Origin: Nemertoderma westbladi
Lineage: Eukaryota; Animalia; Xenacoelomorpha
DNA: 64,000 nucleotides
NCBI GenBank assembly: GCA_032718475.1
Contig: JAUCBJ010001989.1
Location: 4,761-68,760 of the forward strand
Direction of reading: 5' to 3'
In this document: positions 28,697 through 40,931 of the stretch, one piece after another
Layout: the number at the start of each line of letters is the position of its first letter
Numbering within the stretch: the stretch's first letter is position 1
Made by a program: the position numbers and the translations under genes
The notes under the pieces: model-generated
What the model was told of the DNA's origin: nothing
What the model saw: only the letters and a program-made list of their open reading frames with translations
Databases searched by the model: none

Positions 28697-28763
28697 TGTA
28701 CCTGGATTCGAACCTGACATCTCTTACAATCCATGTGGTAACTCTCTTCCACTCAGCTCCCCA
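28697..28763 (-). mobile_element. tRNA-derived SINE head fragment
   Basis: Minus strand shows A box AGCTGAGTGG and B box GGTTCGAATCC at tRNA-like spacing; no clean cloverleaf. Confidence 0.55.
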
Positions 28764-28945
28764 TAATATGAAATGATCACAAACTTTGATGGCCTTGAAA
28801 GGAGAGAACAACACGGGTTAGCCATCAGAAAAACTATAAACTTAGGCTAAGCCCCAAATGACCAGGGTTAATATATTAAACCACATCTCATTCATTTCCA
28901 TCTTTAGTGATACCGGTACACATTAAATAAAACTGCAGTAACATA

Positions 28946-30339
28946 CCAGGTGTTCCACAATGTCACAGAATTAAAAATCTGTATTTCCTCCATTTGCATT
29001 GCGAAAAGTAGACACTCATCTGGGAAAAGTTGATATAAGTTTCTCTGCCATCAGCCACACTTTCCAGCACAGAATTCAGGTGTTGTTTGAGTACAACTTA
29101 TTTCATATCGTATTTTATATCGGTATTTTATATTGGTGCAATATAGAGGTGCCTTGGGTAATCCTTTGTCCAGCTGATGAGGTGTCGATATTACCGCGTA
29201 CTGGGTCTCAGACACCGAAACGCAACCATATTTTTGATAAAATTAATTATTTTTGCCCTAGTCCTACCCCTTTACGGCGACAAAATGTCATATATTTTTC
29301 CATAGAATATAGGCTTAGCTTTTGTGCAGTTTACTACCGGTATCATTTAGTGTATGGCGGTTAGGTTAGGGTTAGGGTGCGATACATACTTGTATGTTGA
29401 GCATGGTTTAATATATTTGTTTTTTGTTTATGTCATTCTTATTTGTATTGTTTGTGTTGTTTTTTGATGGCCTTAGGGCTGAGTACTACTTTGGGCGTAA
29501 TGTTTTGATTCTATGTTTTTTGTTAGTTTGGAGGGTATAAGACTCTAGGCTCTTACAATTAGATTTTATATCGGGTTGTTCCATCGGCTTTTCCATCTTT
29601 TCATTACTTTTGACTTTGCCACGATTAAGAAACATTTCTTTTTAGATGCCCGCGCTACTGATTTCTTAGGGCGGCCTGCACGCACACTCAGCAAGAATAT
29701 CCTTAAATTCTTGTGAAAAAGAAAATGGTCTTCCAGTTGTTTTCACCTTCCGGCAATTATGTGGATCTCGATTCCTAGTTTCGCTTTACAAAATCTTCAC
29801 TACGCATTACAGCATTATCTTCCCCGCGATCCACTTCCTTGATATTTGCACACCATTTGCCACAGAATCACGAGACTCTCTAAAAGAAACAGCTCTGATG
29901 CTATCAACCCAACCATACGCATTTCTTCAGAGTCATCGAAGATTGCACTGGAACTTGTGATTTTAATTACTTCTGTTAGGCCTAATTCAGTAAAATTAAC
30001 AAAGAAACACTAATACCGGTAACCTAATACTGTAATATATTGCAATACAGCAAAAGTCAGGCAGTAATAACGATTTAAACAGGGCTGCAAAGCTGATGAC
30101 TAACGCTGGATAAATTATATTTTTTTTTTTGTGATTAAATCAAAAATATTGAAAAATAAGATAGGTTTAACGAATTGCCTATAAAATTGTTTTACTTTAG
30201 TATTGGATCATCAATTTTTGCATGCTCAAAATTAAATTCTCTTTCGAATGGTATATTACACTAAGGTGCATGTCTGGCAGTTTTGGTTGGCCAGTGGGGG
30301 GGGGGGGGGGGGGGGGGGCAATCATTATGGAACACCCGG
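28946..30339. mobile_element. Non-autonomous Tc1/mariner-type element with probable nested insertions
   Basis: TA|CCAGGTGTTCCACAATG ... CATTATGGAACACCCGG|TA: 17-bp TIRs with 2 mismatches and a TA duplication. Confidence 0.65.
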
Positions 30340-30498
30340 TATAATACAGAAAAAGGCTAGGCCGACTGATTTATTTATTTACCTTCATGTAATCGATTTT
30401 TCGCGCCTCCGTAGGCAAACATACAAAATACACTTCCTCGGGACTCTGATTTTAATAACGAAATAATTATAATATAATTATTCCCCCTTTCCTTACTC

Positions 30499-31567
30499 AG
30501 TCGTAATATTTATCTCAAAATATTCGACGCAATATTCATCCCGAAAATATTCACCAAAATATTCTTCTAAGAATATTATCCCATATCTCACATTATGATT
30601 TATTGCCCCAACCCAGACATCCTTAGTCGTGGCGGGCGTGTCATCCTTGCCTGATCCGCCCAATACACTCCATCCAATGCACTATCCAGGGTCCATTGTT
30701 ATGCAATACACCCCTTCCCTTACACCGGCCCCCAGCACGCAGCCTATGGCCGCCACCCAATAGCAGTAGGAAGTGATTGACAAGTCACCTTCAAAACTCC
30801 ATCCAGGCACCAATATTAATTGGTCTATATTATTGAGTAATTATATTTAACATTATTTGAACGTAAAGTCTCTGCCTAGAAAGTCCACCCGCGCGCAGGT
30901 GATAATTTTGGGTCAACTCCATATTGACCCCACAGCAGGCTATAAATAGGGGCGCATCGGGACTAAAACTTCAAGAGTTTTCACTCTGCCTCAGGCATAA
31001 CTGTTGAGCCCTGCTCCTCAGTACAGCAGAGGTCCCTGGCCTAGAAGTCAGCTCCTCTGTTCCGAGTTGGGGCCATCTTTGTTGCTGGATCGGGCCTGCG
31101 GAAGGCATTGCGGTCGACAGTAACTTAAGACGATTCCGCCGTTGGTCGGCTGTACTATCTGGCCTAAAAGCCAGCTCTGTTCCAAGTTGGGGCCCTCTTT
31201 GTTGCTGGGTCGGGCCTGTGAAAGGCTTTGCGGTCGCCAGTAACGTAAGACGATTCCGCCGTTGGTCTGAGCACATTGGCTAGACAAGCCCGGAGCGCTT
31301 GTGTGCTCGCTATTGCCTACCAGGCAAAAGTGGCAGCGTCTCCACCGATTCGGCTCTCCTGCCCACGGTAGTGCTGGTGCACTGTCCGCAGGCTATATGT
31401 TTATTTGTGGTTCGCCCGAATAAACCTCTATGGTCTGAGAACAAATTGCAGCTAACCTTTTAAGTCCAATCGGTACCACCCCTGTTTGGACTCAGACGGC
31501 AACCTGCTGTTCTGCACTATCGCCAATAGTTCCAATAGCGTGAAGCTGCACCAAGTTTATTACGACT
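30499..31567 (+). mobile_element. Solo-LTR-like element
   Basis: GC-richer island bounded by perfect 10-bp inverted ends AGTCGTAATA/TATTACGACT; TATAAATAG at 30941; AATAAA at 31418; internal 120-bp-period duplication; no target-site duplication seen. Confidence 0.5.
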
Positions 31568-32535
31568 TTATTAGCCCATGACTTTTTCACGATTTATTAA
31601 GACGTTTTTCAAAACAATTGATTATTATTAGATTTTTTCCCTTTATTTGTATATTTTTTCCGGTGTATTTTTAGCAAAACAAAACGGCTAAAAATACGAT
31701 ATATTTTCTCTGCTTTTGGATTATTTAGATGCTATACTTTGGATCCTAACGGACCCAAAGCATCCCTCACCCGGTTTCTATCTTTTTCCTCATCCCAGAG
31801 GTTTTTCTACAGTGTTACAGTAAGCTAATTAATTTCTTTAGAAGGAAGCAATATACAGTATTATTTGGGAAGAATAGAAAATCACTGATGTTTTTGTACT
31901 ATATTGAAAAGTTGTGGATGTCCGTAAATAACAAGTCATTGAAGGACCGTGTTCAAGTGGAAATATTTATGTTAGCCGGAAAACCAAAACACTAAGCGAA
32001 AGTAGAGCTACCTGGAACCTTTTTGAGATTCAAGGCCGTTTTAGGAGCTTATCGTGCTAAGGAGAACGAGAAATCCATTACACTTCATTTATAGGGTACA
32101 AGTACCTGGAATCATAATTGTTGTTTTATTGGCAGGCTAATAAGCGTTTAAGTAGACCAACTAATCCTAACCAAAACAATAAACCAAACATAGATGTTCG
32201 AAATGTAAAACGAAATAATGTCAAACAAACATGCCTCAAATACTTAACTAAATAAGAGTACCTCATATTTTCAAATAGATTGCTGTGTGGTACTGGTCCA
32301 CTAAACAAACCAGAATAGGTCAGTACAGTAGGTAACCAAAACACTACACTAAAATATCTACAGAAACAGGCAACATAATAAGCTGCAAAGGTACTAACAC
32401 TACTGTTCCGGTATACTGTACTGCTGTAGGGGGACTGCCAGACAGCTGAGATGCTGATTCTAGAGATACTCATTTTCACATACACGCCACGGTATGGAAA
32501 TGTTTAACAGAATCAATTACTATAAATTATCTTAC

Positions 32536-32663
32536 CTGAACACTGGCAATATTTGTATAAGCAGGTGTATCACTAGATATTCCAAATATGTAGGGGTATA
32601 GGGACTTCTCAAAGTTTGGTGAGTCCTTTACAAGTACAACCGTTGCAATTGTCCTGGAAAGAC
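32536..32663 (-). CDS. Giant cadherin-like gene, exon 13 (cadherin linker)
   Basis: tattttag|..|gtaaga, phase 1 to 0; LSRTIATVVLVKDSPNFEKSLYPYIFGISSDTPAYTNIASVQ. Confidence 0.9.
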
Positions 32664-33921
32664 CTAAAATATAAAAGCAAATACGATAGATTGATTTATT
32701 TTTCCGTTAAGTAAAACAACACCAATGGGATTACCATGCACCATACGTACCAGGCTGACCAGGATTTGGAAGTGACATAAAATGCATCGGAAACGTAAGG
32801 TTCGACTGTTCCAACACTTCTGGGTGTCGATGCTGGGCTCTAACTGCTGGGGATACTAAATCTCTGGAAGGCACATTCACAATAATGCTACGTCGGGATC
32901 ACTGTGTCAAGTATAATCTAACCAGACAATATACAACATTCGAGGTGTCTTATTCACCCCCCCCCCCCCCCCCCACCAAACACAAAGCAGCCACCGCTTC
33001 ACAGGGCATTTGTTTTGCTGTGTAGACCATCCTGTACACAATCTTGTGCTTTGGCTGCCTCATGGAGATAATGGATGAAACAGTGCATGATTTTGTTGAG
33101 AGGACTCTGGAAGGACACTGGACTTGAAGTTGCGTATAATTTCGCAAAAGTCATCGGGAATATGGAGTTGTGGTGGGTCAATTTTTCAATAAGCTGGGAT
33201 AGCATTCTTAATGCAAGTTGTATTGCACCATGCAGATTGTGACTTGCATATAGTGGCAGCACAATTTTATTGTAAAGCCGGCATAGCAATCTCAATGTGC
33301 AGGTTCAATGCATCAGGCCGATTATATTAGTCGTATACGTGTACTAGGGGAGGGAACAGCCCGGAATTTTTCTAGGGTCCGGTTAAGACAAACAAATTAA
33401 TAATAGGTATAGAGCATTTAAGGAGGGTCTGTAATTTTTCAGCGATTTTAGGCGCAATTCACCATTCCAATGAAAACAAAGGTACAACTACGATATTAGC
33501 AATAGGCACCCCTATGATATTTTTAGGATGTTATACTTTTTCTAAGACCTCCTGCGTGCATTTTGGAATACAGTACTCTGGTACAAACTTTATACATTTC
33601 TGTCACTCTAGAACACGAGGAGCGCATGGAGGACCTCTACCAATGACTTGCCACCTTCTTCCTCGACTAAAACATCCTCATTTGTGAATCCGGAATCCCC
33701 ATATTGATGCCCCATGGCCTGCCCATAGCCAAAGAAGAAGATATGCAACCATCTTTAGAAAATCCACGTACGTGTTTGGAATGTCCCATTTTTTACAGCG
33801 AGGTGAAACTTTACTGGAAAAGTTTAAAACGCCTCATACTATTTGATTAAAAGACTTGACACAAATAGTTATAATGAGTGCTGATACAGTAAGTAACTTT
33901 ATACTGCGATTAGGCACATAC

Positions 33922-34130
33922 CTGTATTGGTATCCAAGATAAAATTCAAAACATGATTCGATGCGACATCGTAATCCAATGATTTAATCAAGGAAATCTT
34001 TCCATTGTTATCGACATTGAATGTGTCGCTTGTAGGGTCTATATGGTAACCTTCTATAGACGGGTTGGTTGGTAGTTGACCTATCACAGTTCCCGGGGAC
34101 TCATTCTCTTTAACCGTTATCTCTGGAGAC
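33922..34130 (-). CDS. Giant cadherin-like gene, exon 12 (cadherin repeat)
   Basis: atttcaag|..|gtatgt, phase 2 to 1; ITVKENESPGTVIGQL..FNVDNNGKISLIKSLDYD. Confidence 0.9.
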
Positions 34131-34702
34131 CTTGAAATGTAGATACAAAAATTGTATGTGATTATTAATGTTTAATATATTATATGAAAATTGTGCTATA
34201 TATCTATGCTCAAATTCATTAATGATTAATGAACATTGTTGTTGAATAATCTCACTTCACTTCAGTCACATGTTTCAATATTTCATAAACCCACTTCGCT
34301 TGTTCATAAAAGTATTTGCACATGAGACTACAGTAAAATAAAGTCCTTCTTTATACCCAATATAATAATAATAAAGCTGATCCCTGAATCTAACAAAAAC
34401 AAACTAAAACTTGGTGAACGGGTGCTGCAGGTATTAGCTGTTTCAGTTTTTCGTCCATCAAGCTGATTTTTTCGTTTAAAAAATATATTAGGATAAAGAT
34501 TGATTGAGCTATATAAAGTTGCAGTGACACATATTATAATGTAATACAACTTTTCCACTACCATGAAAGTGATCATGATCCACATTATTGTTGAAAAATC
34601 AACCTGACATAGCATTTTCCAGAACAAATTGATGGGTTCAATGGTGACCATGTGGTTCCGTTTTAATATTTAGTCTTTATTTTCTTCCATAATGCCACTT
34701 AC

Positions 34703-34804
34703 CAATTAACGGTGTGTCCATATCCGAGATCGCAAACTGTAGGCAGGGCGAAATTGAGAAAGTGTTTATCTTCTGGTAGAACCCGGTCTATTTCCACAGA
34801 TATA
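34703..34804 (-). CDS. Giant cadherin-like gene, exon 11
   Basis: tgttacag|..|gtaagt, phase 2 to 2; ISVEIDRVLPEDKHFLNFALPTVCDLGYGHTVN. Confidence 0.85.
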
Positions 34805-35195
34805 CTGTAACACAGAAATATGAATACTGAAATCAATTCGGAAGAAAATTTAGACCAACAACTATGGCTGGAGTCATCCATGTTCACAGTCAACTCATTA
34901 GCAGTAAACTATGTTGACAGGTAGTCGAAATAGCTGAATAAAATATACCACTAATATTGTTTACTGTCAGAATTTATAGGTATTGTGTGTATGCCCTCAA
35001 CCTACACCAGGAATGAATATGTTGTAATATATTCGTATGAATATTTGTATTCAAAATATGCACGGAAATACTTCATAAAATGTGTTCAGGTAGGGTGAGC
35101 ACATATATAGCAATTATTGAGTATCCTCTACCTGTGTACTTATAACCAAATGTTAAACAGCAGTTTTCACACTTAAAAAAGGAATTGAACACTAC

Positions 35196-35405
35196 CTTTC
35201 GCTAAATGGTAATAATCTTGATTGGATCTGTTGACCGGCTAGTATTACGGACTTGGTATCCTCCCTAGCATAAGCTACCACAGAAATGGTTGAAGTAGTG
35301 GGGTCATATTCGCACTGATCGGTTATGCCGGGAGTAATAGAAACACCCATCACGTTGACATGCAGCAAAGGTGGACTGCTCTTCTCTAAATAATATCTCA
35401 ATATC
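35196..35405 (-). CDS. Giant cadherin-like gene, exon 10 (MAD-like domain 5)
   Basis: tttaccag|..|gtagtg, phase 2 to 2; ILRYYLEK..HVNVMGVS..DQCEYDPTTSTISVVAYARED..ILAGQQIQSRL. Confidence 0.88.
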
Positions 35406-35694
35406 CTGGTAAAATTAAAACAAGAATAAGGATGATATTTAAATAATTAAAACCCTGACAAAAGCTTGTTATAGACATCTAAGTTTAACTTGTCCCATTT
35501 ACAAGTTCACTTACAGTAAATAAATGACAATTGTTAATGAAATTTGCCAAAAAATAAAAATATTGTGATACAATTTTGAGCATTAATATTCAAAGTAATA
35601 ATAATGTACAACCCATTTTATTTCAACAGAAAATAAGTACCGAAAAATATTAATTTATTATGTAGTAGATTTATAAGATTATTGATAAACTAAC

Positions 35695-35831
35695 TCAGTT
35701 ATAAATGACGAACTGCCATGTAGTAGTGCAGCTGATATGTCAGTCGTAACAGCTAACCGACTATCTCTATTATATCCACAGATACTCAATTCATCATGGT
35801 TAGGGGTTGTTACGCCATCACTAACGTCAAC
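35695..35831 (-). CDS. Giant cadherin-like gene, exon 9
   Basis: cattctag|..|gttagt, phase 0 to 2; VDVSDGVTTPNHDELSICGYNRDSRLAVTTDISAALLHGSSSFIT. Confidence 0.85.
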
Positions 35832-36189
35832 CTAGAATGTGAAATCATTTGAAAGTTAAAATTTTGAACTGTTTAAATGGAGTGGAGTTAATTAATTTAA
35901 ATTAAACAATAACAGTGGAGCGAAAACCATGTAACTTTTAAACGCCCATATCTGAGCTATTTTTCAAAGAATTTCGAATTGTGTTACATATTAGCAATCC
36001 TTATATGGCCAGCTTTCTATCAGTACCAACAATTAACTATAAGATTGAAGAATAACTGCAGTGTGGACAGGTGAACTAACACCTTTTTCAAACGCTTCTA
36101 GCTAAATATTGAGAGCATAAATATAAATATATAGAGAATATAGTGATAGAGATAAATTCTGGATCACACACGGAGGAGGAAAGAGAGCT

Positions 36190-36875
36190 ACAGCCTATGC
36201 TTTCCTAACTTCTGTGTCTTTTTTGCTACTCTCTATCCATAACCCAAAGTACTGGAAGTCGTCAACTTTCCTTAGTTAATTATTATCAATTGTGGTCAAA
36301 TTTCCATTAGCTTTAAAAGTCATGAATTCGGTCTTGGCAACATTCATATGCAATCCAACCTCCTTCGCAGCCCTCTCCACTTTATTCAGTAGAAGCTGTG
36401 CATCTGCTAGCATATTAGAGAGCAGGGCGATGTCATACACAAAGTCGGTGTCTGTGACTGTAGTTGCCGGATATCTACTTCTTCTGCGTTCTTGAAGTGT
36501 GAATCCCAGATCTTCACCCTTTGTGGCCGTCCTCATTGCGTAATCCAGCACAATTACAAATAGTAATGGTGCTGATGTGTCACCTTGCAGTACGCCAGCC
36601 AGGATTGAGAAGATCTCAGTCTCGCCATCGGGTGAGAGTACATACGTATGCTTCTGTGTCACAATATTAGTGTCACAATATAAGAATTCAGGCTAGAGAC
36701 AAATGCTTCTGTTATTCCATAAGCTCTTAGGTTTTCCAGCATTTTACCTCTAAGGATGGAGGTGAATGCTTTGTCCACAATCAGAACTTCAGGAAGGTTC
36801 TTTGACTTAATTCCTTCAACCAGCCTCCGTCATAACACTAGTATCTGAGCTATTGTTGATATATTTGGTCGAAAT
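36190..36875 (-). mobile_element. Degraded RTE-like LINE reverse transcriptase fragment (second subfamily)
   Basis: RRLVEGIKSKN..SPDGETEIFSILAGVLQGDTSAPLLFVIVLDY..TDFVYDIALL..KVDDFQYFG; catalytic motif mutated, stops present. Confidence 0.85.
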
Positions 36876-36945
36876 TATTAGTTAGAAATGAATGAACCCA
36901 GAAATGTACACAATAAATTACTTGTAATGCATAATATATACTTAC

Positions 36946-37092
36946 CCCACATACAATGCATGTGGGCTGTAGAAAAGGTGGTGTGTAAACCTCACCAGTT
37001 GTCGGATTTATTGAACTAGAGTCGCAACTATGGTCGTTAGTAGGACTGTAGAGAGAATATGTTAAACTGCTGATGTCATCTTTGTCAGTAGC
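36946..37092 (-). CDS. Giant cadherin-like gene, exon 8 (cadherin repeat)
   Basis: gaatacag|..|gtaagt, phase 0 to 0; ATDKDDISSLTYSL..SINPTTGEVYT..CIVCG. Confidence 0.92.
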
Positions 37093-37212
37093 CTGTATTC
37101 GGAAACAATAATATTACTAATGAACTCTCTACTATCATTCTATTTTGTTCAAACTGTGATACAATAAATGTGCCAGTCGTAACAGGATGGGTTTATTCTT
37201 CGTATTATATGT

Positions 37213-38420
37213 ACTACTACTACTAGGATCGGCATGCTGCATTGCAGCTGCATTTTTAAGAATGCTGTGCCGGCTTGTCAACAAAATTGCACCGCCACAA
37301 CTCCCTATCACCCATGACATTTGCTAGATCATCCGCATCTTTAAGGCCAGTGTCCTTTAAGATGCGTCTCAAGAAAGTCATGGGCTGTCCACCATGCTTA
37401 TTCACTCCATGAGGCTGCCAAAGTACAAGATTATGCACTGGCTGGTCCTCACGGCGAAAGCAATGTCCTGCAAAGCGGAGGCGGTTTTGTTCTAGTGTCA
37501 AGCTTGGGGGAACCAATGAGACACCTCCAATGTTATATAGTGTCTGGTTGGAGATGTGTGCATTGTACTTGACACAATGAACCCGGCGTAGCATTCTTGT
37601 GAATGTGCCATCCAGAGATTTGGTGTCCTCAGCAGTTAGAGCCCAGCATGGACTCCCATAGAGGAGTACTGGAACTACTGCTGCTCTAAATAATCGGACC
37701 TTAAGTTTCCGATTAATTCTCGGTGACTTCCAAATCCTGGAAAGCCTATTCAAGGCTGCCCATGCCTTTCCCTTACGTATTCGAAGGTCCTCACCTGACT
37801 TCCGGATCCATGATCCCAGGTAACAGAAGTCGTCCACATGCTCAAGCATACCATCCTTTGAGCTTATGCTCATCCGATCAGAGACTTGCTGAGGACTTTC
37901 AAAGTTAACGGTCAGAATTTTGGTCTTTCTGGAGTTAATAAAAAGACCAACACTAGAAGCAGCATGTTCTAATGAGCTGAGGAGCCGTTGGGCTCCCTCT
38001 AATGATTCTGAGAGTACTCCTAAGTCATCAGCAAAGTCTAGATCAGTTAGGTACTTGGCAGGATTTCCTCGACTTCTGGAGCCAGTAGGTGGAGTTATCA
38101 TCACCCCATCATCATTATGATGATCTAAGGACATGCGTAGAACATAGTCAACCACAATAATGAACAAGAATGGTGCAAGTGTGTCTCCTTGGAGGACGCC
38201 CCATAACACTTCAAATGGTTCTGTGTCACCGTCAACAGTAGACACAAATGTTGTCGAACCATCGTATACTGATCTGATTGCTGCAATAATTTCATCAGGA
38301 ATCCCATATAATGAAAGTATGCTGAACATACGTGAGCGAGAGACTGAATCAAAGGCCTTGAAGAAGTCAACAAAGATAACAGCCAGATGCCTGTCTTTCT
38401 TTTTTGATAATTCTTCATGT
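37213..38420 (-). mobile_element. Young 5'-truncated RTE-like LINE with an open RT frame
   Basis: Open frame FVDFFKAFDSV..GVLQGDTLAPFLF..LDFADDL..YLGS..RLRFAGHC; (TAG)n 3' tail; 11-bp TSD GTATTATATGT at 37202-37212 and 38421-38431. Confidence 0.95.
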
Positions 38421-38454
38421 GTATTATATGTGAATGTATTATATGTGAATGTAC

Positions 38455-38675
38455 CTTAACTGTAGCTATGGGCCCGTAGCTCGCCTTGGAGACTGCAACC
38501 AATGAAATAAGACTAGATGGGTCAAAGATGGGTCTCTCATCATCAATATTGATTACATAGACATCCAAGAATGTCGTGTAAGAGCATTGCATATTGTTGG
38601 CATAAACTTTGACCCTCATTGAAAGCAAAGGTGAAGTTTCATAGTCGAGCGGGATAGCCAATACCATTTCCGTAC
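38455..38675 (-). CDS. Giant cadherin-like gene, exon 7 (cadherin repeat and linker)
   Basis: tattgtag|..|gtacat, phase 1 to 0; PLDYET..VYVINIDDERPIF..IATVK. Confidence 0.93.
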
Positions 38676-39091
38676 CTACAATAAAATCCACAATATTAAT
38701 GTTAACAATTAATTATGGTATGGTAGATCACATAATAGACATTCTCGCAATGCCATAAACACGAAATGTATAAATATAAGATAAAAACTCTAGTTTATTG
38801 GCCCCGCTGCACTAATATAGATTGAGACCAATTACCAAAAACAAACAAAAAACACTTTTTTATCATTTTCGTTGGGCAAAAAGTAGCAAAGTCGAAAGTG
38901 ACATCCATGTGTGATCGAACTGGTTTTTCTCCAGATAATTTTTTGGTTTACAGTTTGCAATGCAAATCTCAATGAAACTAAGTTCAATAGAATAGTTATG
39001 AGTAGCGAATCTTGAAATATAATTTGATGGTAAAAAGTATTAATGGTAGAAACGAATATACATGGAATAATCGATATTAATTACAACAAAC

Positions 39092-39279
39092 CATGTCCAA
39101 TCGGTCCACCATTGGGTAAAATTGCAAAAAAATTATTAGAGTCGATATCACATCCATCAGTATCATCAATGATAGAAACACCATCAAGCAATTCTTTAGG
39201 AAATGCATGGGTGAAATCGAACACAATTGAGCATTTTATATCATCACACACTGGTGTATTCTCCGGTATGTATAAATCT
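39092..39279 (-). CDS. Giant cadherin-like gene, exon 6
   Basis: cattgcag|..|gtttgt, phase 2 to 1; DLYIPENTPVCDDIKCSIVFDF..NNFFAILPNGGPIGH. Confidence 0.88.
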
Positions 39280-40382
39280 CTGCAATGAAATACATTAACA
39301 TTATTCCATTCTATACTTTATACTTGAAACAATGAAATATATTTTATTAAATGTTACTAAAGGTTATTAAATTCGAAAAAGTTACACTTGTTCTTATGCA
39401 TCATATTATATTATCCTAACGAAACCCCCTTTTTGTATCTACCTTTATCTATCTGGTCATCAAAATATATATAAACTAAAGCATTCCAGCTATAGGTGCG
39501 GATTTAAATTATATATCGTTAAAAATATATAGCATTAAAAATTATTGCATTCGTCTTGTAAATCTGGTTGCCAAAATATACAGCTAATTGTCAGATTCCA
39601 CCCGATTTTATATTATTTTGTACAATCTTAAAAGATTTTAGCCCAATACAGAAAAACCATTTTCCCTGTACATGGTATAAACTATGAGTGCAAATAGTTA
39701 CACTGCACATAAAGTTTGTTGGTATGTAATTTCTGTATAGAAATTTCTGTGAGTTTAATAGTTTAGACCTAATGGTTTTGTATACTGCTGTACTGCTCAG
39801 GTAGGTTTTGACTGCTGTTCATGTTTATGTTTTGTATTCTAATAATTATTTCGATATATTTTTTGCTAGTTTATTACTCAATAAATTTAACTAACTAACT
39901 ACTTTGAGCGTCATATGTATCAGATGGTCTAAATCTGAAATTAGACTTGAATTTTATATCAGACAGAGTTTAAACCCAACACATCATAATCGTCAACACA
40001 ACAAGTCATCATCATTACACACTGCAAAATCTGATATTAGCATTAGAGATACAATACAAAGGAAGATTTTGGTGAATAAAATAACAATGTTGGATATGCC
40101 GCACATATAAGAATTAAATTTTATAGAGTTACAGCGTACCAGCTCTATCATGCATTACTTAAAGCAAGTCAGTAGTCAGAGATATCATTGGGTGATCATC
40201 ATGTTCACAATCTTGTGCTATGGCAACCTCCTAGCTCGAAACACACATGGTGGCCGGCCAATAACACTCCTTCAGCTGCTTTTCAAGCCTATTAATGAAT
40301 CAGCCTGCTGAATTGTTGCACAATATAACAGGTACTTCACAATTCGACCAATTATCTATATAAATATGTATTGTGTACTTAC

Positions 40383-40662
40383 ATGTTTGCAGCATTAACA
40401 TTACAGCATGTAGGAAGTTTCCCGAATGTTGGTAACACAGTAGTCGATACAACTGTAGTAGGACATGGCTCTGGTGTAGCAGGACAACTTATTGGTTGAA
40501 TTGTCGTTGGATCAACATCAATACAATCCACTGACACTACGACTGACCCATACCCAACACAACCAGTTCCTTTGCGAACGATAAGTTGGATAAAGGCATC
40601 CGTGTCGAAGCAGTTGAGTGGCTTTACCAAAGTAATATGCCCGTTGTTTAAAGTATAATAGT
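40383..40662 (-). CDS. Giant cadherin-like gene, exon 5 (completes the last 133-aa unit)
   Basis: ttctccag|..|gtaagt, phase 1 to 2; DYYTLNNGHITLVKPLNCFD..GCVGYGSVVVSVDC..CPATPEPCP..CCNV. Confidence 0.92.
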
Positions 40663-40931
40663 CTGGAGAAAGTTGAAATTTGTTAAACGGCAAGTATGCT
40701 TAGACTATAAAATTTTCATCATCATATGCTCAAAATATAGCATGAAAACCAACATAATGCAGCAAAGGTCTGAAAGAAAATATTTCTATACTAATATAGA
40801 TAGCAGGGCTGCTGATACAGCTAAAACTAATTGTAAATGTTATATATAAAGTAAGTAGTATGTAACAACATTACTACTGATGGTCAATTAATAATGTAAT
40901 TTATTTTTCATTAAATTACTAAATAACTTAC

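Noticed and set aside
29359-29378. Telomere-like GGTTAGGTTAGGGTTAGGG
   Set aside because: Only about 3 units, embedded in a transposon relic
34328-34651. Hydrophobic ORF as the transmembrane exon
   Set aside because: AT-rich intronic sequence; exons 11 and 12 already join in phase around it
38125-38691. 188-aa ORF as a cadherin-RT fusion
   Set aside because: Exon 7 read through its donor into the LINE in a non-RT frame
40663-40769. Alternative acceptor at 40770
   Set aside because: All three frames hit stops; the acceptor at 40663 restores frame and repeat homology
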